Part shown: in pieces, positions 59,596 to 64,000 of the stretch
How the letters are laid out: each line of letters starts with the position of its first letter
Position numbering within the stretch: position 1 is the stretch's first letter
From: Candidatus Latescibacterota bacterium
GTDB taxonomy: Bacteria; Latescibacterota; CBDEFO01
Direction of reading: 5' to 3'
Length of the DNA: 64,000 nt
Assembly: GCA_965248755.1 (NCBI GenBank)
Contig: OZ252149.1
Coordinates: 800,001-864,000 of the forward strand
Notes under the pieces: model-generated
Seen by the model: only the letters and a program-made list of their open reading frames with translations
Database searches by the model: none
What the model was told of the DNA's origin: nothing
Made by a program: the position numbers and the translations under genes

Positions 59596-60861
59596 TGTAC
59601 TGCTTCCCAGGAAAGCGACACCAATTAAGCAACCTGGGGTAGTAGATAAAATTGTTTTCTCCACTCTTTTGGGGTCTTATATCCCAGGGATGAATGAAGC
59701 CTGTTCTTGTTGTAATTATCGATCCACTGAGATATGATCTTCTCAGCCTGTTCAAAGGATTCAAACTTGTGAAGCCAAACACACTCTTGCTTGAGGGTCC
59801 TGAAAAAACGCTCTACAACACCGTTCCAATCGGGTTTACCACTTGGTATGTATTCCTGACGAATTCCCCAATATTCGGTACTGGCCAAATAGGCCCGAGC
59901 CAAAAAGATGGAACCATTGTCAGAGCGCAAAGTGAGACCCTGGGGGACAGCCTCCTTGGAAGTGTATCGAGAGATCACGGCCCGATCCAGGGCATCTGTG
60001 GCCTCCAGTGCCCTCCCTTTTCGACTAAAACGATACCCAGGAACCTCCCGGCTTCCGTTGTCCACCACCGCAATAAGAGGACACCAACCATCTTTTCCAC
60101 AGTAAATCTTTGTCAAGTCACTCGACCACAAACTGTCGGGACTATCCACCACAGAACGCTTCTGGGCAACCTGTGGCCCCTTTCTCCCGGGACGATTCCA
60201 CAGCTTACACTGCCACCCCTTAAGCTTCATTATCCTATGAACCTTCTTAACGTTGACACATTCCCCTTCCTTGAAACGAAGATGCGCCCAAACCCGCCTG
60301 TGACCAAATGCCTCTTCTTGGTCCAGTATCCCTCGAATACGAAAAGCAAGCTCCTCATCTATCACAGGCTCTTTAACAGAAGAACTGACACCTCTATCCC
60401 TAAACCTATACAGAGTCGAACGATGCAAACCCAAAGCCAAAGCTACCACCTTGCGGGAATAGCCTCGACCCAAAAACCGCCCACTCAAGGCAACCGCTTC
60501 GTTTTTTTTAGACGGGCTACCTCTTCGAGTATCTCCAACTGGAGCGTCAACTGCCCTACCTTGCGCTCCAACCGGCTAACCTCTCGCTCCTTCGGATCCT
60601 TGCGACCACGCCGAGACTTCAGACTCTCCTGGCCCCCTTCTAAGAAACTATCACGCCAAGCATACGCCTGCGACTGGCTAATTCCATTCTTACGACACAC
60701 CTCAGATAGATCTGCTCCTCTCAAAAGAGCCAACACAATCTCTCCCTTACGGGTCGCCGTCCAGCGCTTACCATCTTTCACTTCGGGGCTCGACACCTTG
60801 ACCTCCCTTCTCAAACCCCAATTTGCGAAATATTTGTCGCTCTGTCAAGGGGAGCGGTATG
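59596..60861 (-). mobile_element. IS3-family element, copy B (1266 bp), 4-bp TSD TCTT
   Basis: TCTT at 59592-59595 and 60862-60865; OrfA 60485-60814 and OrfB 59625-60488 identical in translation to copy A. Confidence 0.95.
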
Positions 60862-62445
60862 TCTTGTTTCAGTTATTACTACCTGCTAACAATTCCTTAT
60901 TAACATCCCAACCACTTCTCTGCAGTGCTTCTTCTTGTCCGGTAATACTATCCTTATGAACCGCAATGCAAAGGAGACGAGATGGACGTGACATCCCTAC
61001 AAAAGCCATTTTTAGATTTTGAATTACTCTTTCTTTTGGCTTAGTATGCTCTCCCTTTATATAATTTATTATTCGCTTAATGTCATAGTCATAAAAGAAA
61101 GTTTCAAGGTAACATGTTGCCGTATGGGTTTCGCCTTTGACACCATGAATAGTTGAAACTTCTATGTCGATATCAGTTGTTCCAGAAGAATATTTGTAGA
61201 TGTTATTGCTCGAATGGGTTTCTTCATCATCCGCTTCCAAATCTGATGAATTTATAAAGATTGTAAGTTCAACATTCACCTGATAATTAAAAAACTCCTT
61301 AAATTCATTGGTTAGATAATGTTTTATTTCTTCAAAAACTTCTTCTTGCCTGTGTATCTTCAAACACCAATTGGCGAGCCTTACCCTAAAATCCTGGTAA
61401 AAATCCGAGTTTTTTTCTGATATATATTTATGCAGTTTTTTCTCTGTGAATGCCCTTCCATCGTCAGTTACTCCTGCAATTCTTAAGCACTTTAAGAAAG
61501 CTTCCCCTAACCTCTTCTTGTAAAAATTAACTCCATTAGATGAAATAAAACTATCAGATTGTGGAGCTAAATAACTTTTTAGATTACTAAATTCAGTTTT
61601 TTTAACTTTTATTTCTTTGGAGTAGCCGTCCCAATAACTTGGTATAGTTCTTTTTGTGTCATGCGGTTTTCCACGCCATCCAACTGCTTTAAATACCCTT
61701 TTCTCATTCTGATGTAGATTATTTCTGATAATTATTTCACCGAATTTATCTAATACCTGCTGAATAGTATAATCATCATAAACAATGATAACAGGAGTAA
61801 TTTCATTTTGCCTGCCATTTCCCGTTATTGTCTGCCGGAAAACACAAAGTTTTTCAACCTTGCTTGCTATAGCGTTAGAAAATCTTTTACTACCTGTAAT
61901 ACACATAGTTCTGTCGTCAATTACTGCCCAACCGCATTCCAAGTTAGGGTCATAGTCAAATATTGATTGATTTAAATCACCTATTTTTTGAATAACAACA
62001 TTATCATTGAATATTTTATTCATCAGTTCGGACTGTATTGTACTTGAATCCTGCATTTCATCTATGAAAACATAGGCAAATCTTTTTGCAAATACGTTTT
62101 TCAAATTAGGGTGCTTTTCAATGTGTCTTTCTGCTATATAATATGCATCATCATAGCTTAGTATTCCATCCAAAAGTATCCGTTCTTTTAGTCTTAGCAA
62201 TCTATCATAGTGTGCTCTTTGAGTTGTATCATTTGAATCTAATTTAAGTCTTTTACATATACCATTATCATCCAGGGAAAAATCTTCAAATCTAAGTGAA
62301 TAAGGCAAATCTTTATGACCGCTCTGATAGCAAAATGCATTTGTTTTTCTACCTAAATATTTTCTCGTTCTTTCCATCCTATCAAGATAAATTTCGTTGT
62401 TTATGAATAATGGTCTTCGGTTGAACTGATTGATATACGTCGGTA

Positions 62446-63733
62446 TGTACTGCCCCCCAGAAAAGCGACATCAATTAAGCAACTTGGGGTAGCAGATAAA
62501 ATTGTTTTCTCCACTCTTCCGGGGTCTTGTATCCCAGGGATGAATGAAGCCTGTTCTTGTTGTAATTATCGATCCACTGAGATATGATCTTCTCAGCTTG
62601 TTCAAAGGACTTGAAATTGTGAAGCCACACACACTCCTGCTTGAGGGTCCTGAAAAAACGTTCTATGACCCCGTTCCAATCGGCCTTTCCGCTCGGAATA
62701 TATTCTTGACGAATGTCCCAATATTCGGTACTTGCCAAATAGGTCCGAGACAAAAAGATGGAGCCGTTGTCAGAGCGCAAAGTGAGACCCTGGGGGACAG
62801 CCTCCTTAGGAAGTGTATCGAGAGATCACGGCCCGATCCAGGGCATCTGTGGCCTCCAGTGCCCTCCCTTTTCGACTAAAACGATACCCGGGGAACCTCC
62901 CGACTCCCGTTGTCCACCACCGCAATAAGAGGACACCAACCATCTTCCCCACAATAGATCTTGGTCAAGTCAGCCGACCAGAGACTGTCAGGACGATCCA
63001 TCACAGAACGCTTCTGGGCAACCTGTGGCCCCTTTCTCCCGGGGTCCCCGATTGATTCTATCGGGGATTCCACAGCTTACACTGCCACCCCTTAAGCTTC
63101 ATTATCCTATGAACCTTCTTGATGTTGACATATGCCCCTTCCTTGAAACGAAGATGCGCCCAAACCCGCCTGTGACCAAATGCCTCTTCTTGGTCGAGTA
63201 TCCCTCGAATACGAAAAGCAAGCTGTTCATCTATCACAGACTCTTCGACAGAAGAACTGACACCTCTATACCTAAGCCTACACAGAGTCGAACGATGCAA
63301 ACCCAAAGCCAAAGCTACCACCTTCCGGGAATAGCCTCGACCCAAAAACCGCTCACTCAAGGCAACCGCTTCGTTTTTTTTAGACGGGCTACCTCCTCGA
63401 GTATCTCCAACTGGAGGGTTAAGTGCCCTACCTTACGCTCCAACCGGCTGACCTCCCGCTCCTTCGCATCCTTGCGACCACGCCGAGACTTCAGACTCTC
63501 CTGGCCTCCTTCCAAGAAACTATCACGCCAAGCATACGCCTGTGACTGGCTAATTCCATTCTTCCAACACACCTCTGATACATTCGCTCCTTTCAAAACA
63601 GCCAACACCACCTCTACCTTACGGGTCGCCGTCCAGCGCTTACCATCTTTCACTTCGGGGCTTGACACCTTGACCTCCTTTCTCAAACCCCAATTTGCAA
63701 AATATTTGTCGCCCTGTCAAGGGGAGCGGTATG
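62446..63733 (-). mobile_element. IS3-family element, copy C (diverged, 1288 bp, orfB disrupted), 4-bp TSD GGTA
   Basis: GGTA at 62442-62445 and 63734-63737. The 22 bp over copies A/B are the net +20 palindrome insertion and two +1 insertions (about 62808 and 62890). Confidence 0.93.
63046..63066. repeat. 21-bp palindrome, copy 4, inserted in IS3 orfB
   Basis: CCCCGATTGATTCTATCGGGG, absent from the homologous position of copies A and B. Confidence 0.93.
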
Positions 63734-64000
63734 GGTATCGCAAGATATTTATCCACGAAACTTTGAATTGTCCCAAAATGATTTGGGTAATTAGAGAGCT
63801 TTTTAGAAGCAAAGTAAGCGTGGCTTTTTATTTCATTTATAGCCACATTTGTGTGAGTTAATACGCAAATACCCCTATTATTTTCAAGAGGCATTTGCCG
63901 GGACAAAATCAACAACTTGGCAATCAAAGCCTTTGTTTTACCACTACCCGGGCAGGCAAGAATATCTTTGGTTTCAAAACATTTTATTACTACCTTTTGT

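Larger units (their letters stand above)
60869..64000 (-). pseudogene. UvrD/SF1 helicase, GajB (Gabija)-like, interrupted by IS3 copy C; 5' end outside window
   Basis: Walker A ACPGSGKT (about 63933-63957), GICVLTHTNVA, FGTIQSFVD; removing the IS restores LAIP|TYINQF; then FIDEMQD, GDLNQSI, SKRFS, TIHGVKGETH, FVGMSRP. AT-rich. Confidence 0.85.

Noticed and set aside
1..64000. tRNA or rRNA genes
   Set aside because: None recognised by eye; a covariance-model scan was not possible.

Overview
Bacterial chromosomal window, probably from an FCB-superphylum lineage such as Latescibacterota or a relative. That placement is inferred from a FlgD-Ig/T9SS-like C-terminal domain, a C-terminal WGxIK motif and an archaeal-type geranylgeranyl reductase. 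Contents in order: (i) 1-5.7 kb, small hypothetical genes with a degenerate attC-like hairpin, an HDIG hydrolase, a TPP enzyme and a decayed IS481-like element; (ii) 5.9-9.9 kb, an alkaline-phosphatase-superfamily/sat/cysC (PAPS-making) operon; (iii) 10-34.4 kb, a minus-strand flagellar cluster (fliI fragment, fliJ, MotE-like, repeat-expanded fliK, flgD, TIGR02530, flgE, flbD, motAB, fliL, fliM, fliY/N, fliPQR, flhBAFG, fliA, orphans) cut off inside fliI by an IS1380 copy lacking a target duplication; (iv) 36-51.6 kb, a beta-propeller lipoprotein, a frameshifted secreted metalloprotease, ferredoxin plus GGR, purF, an NCS2 pseudogene, YfhO-like, GNAT and an M16 pair; (v) 51.6-64 kb, an IS-scrambled region with an IPT/TIG-repeat surface gene split, inverted and truncated by IS3 and IS1380 copies, and a low-GC GajB-like UvrD helicase interrupted by IS3. 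The most unusual signal is a 21-bp palindrome (CCCCGATTGAnTCTATCGGGG) seen four times. One copy interrupts one of three related IS3 copies, so empty and filled alleles sit in the same window, and a second copy inside a REP-like repeat shows the same apparent footprint, which suggests a tiny mobile element. All calls come from reading the sequence by eye; no database searches were run.
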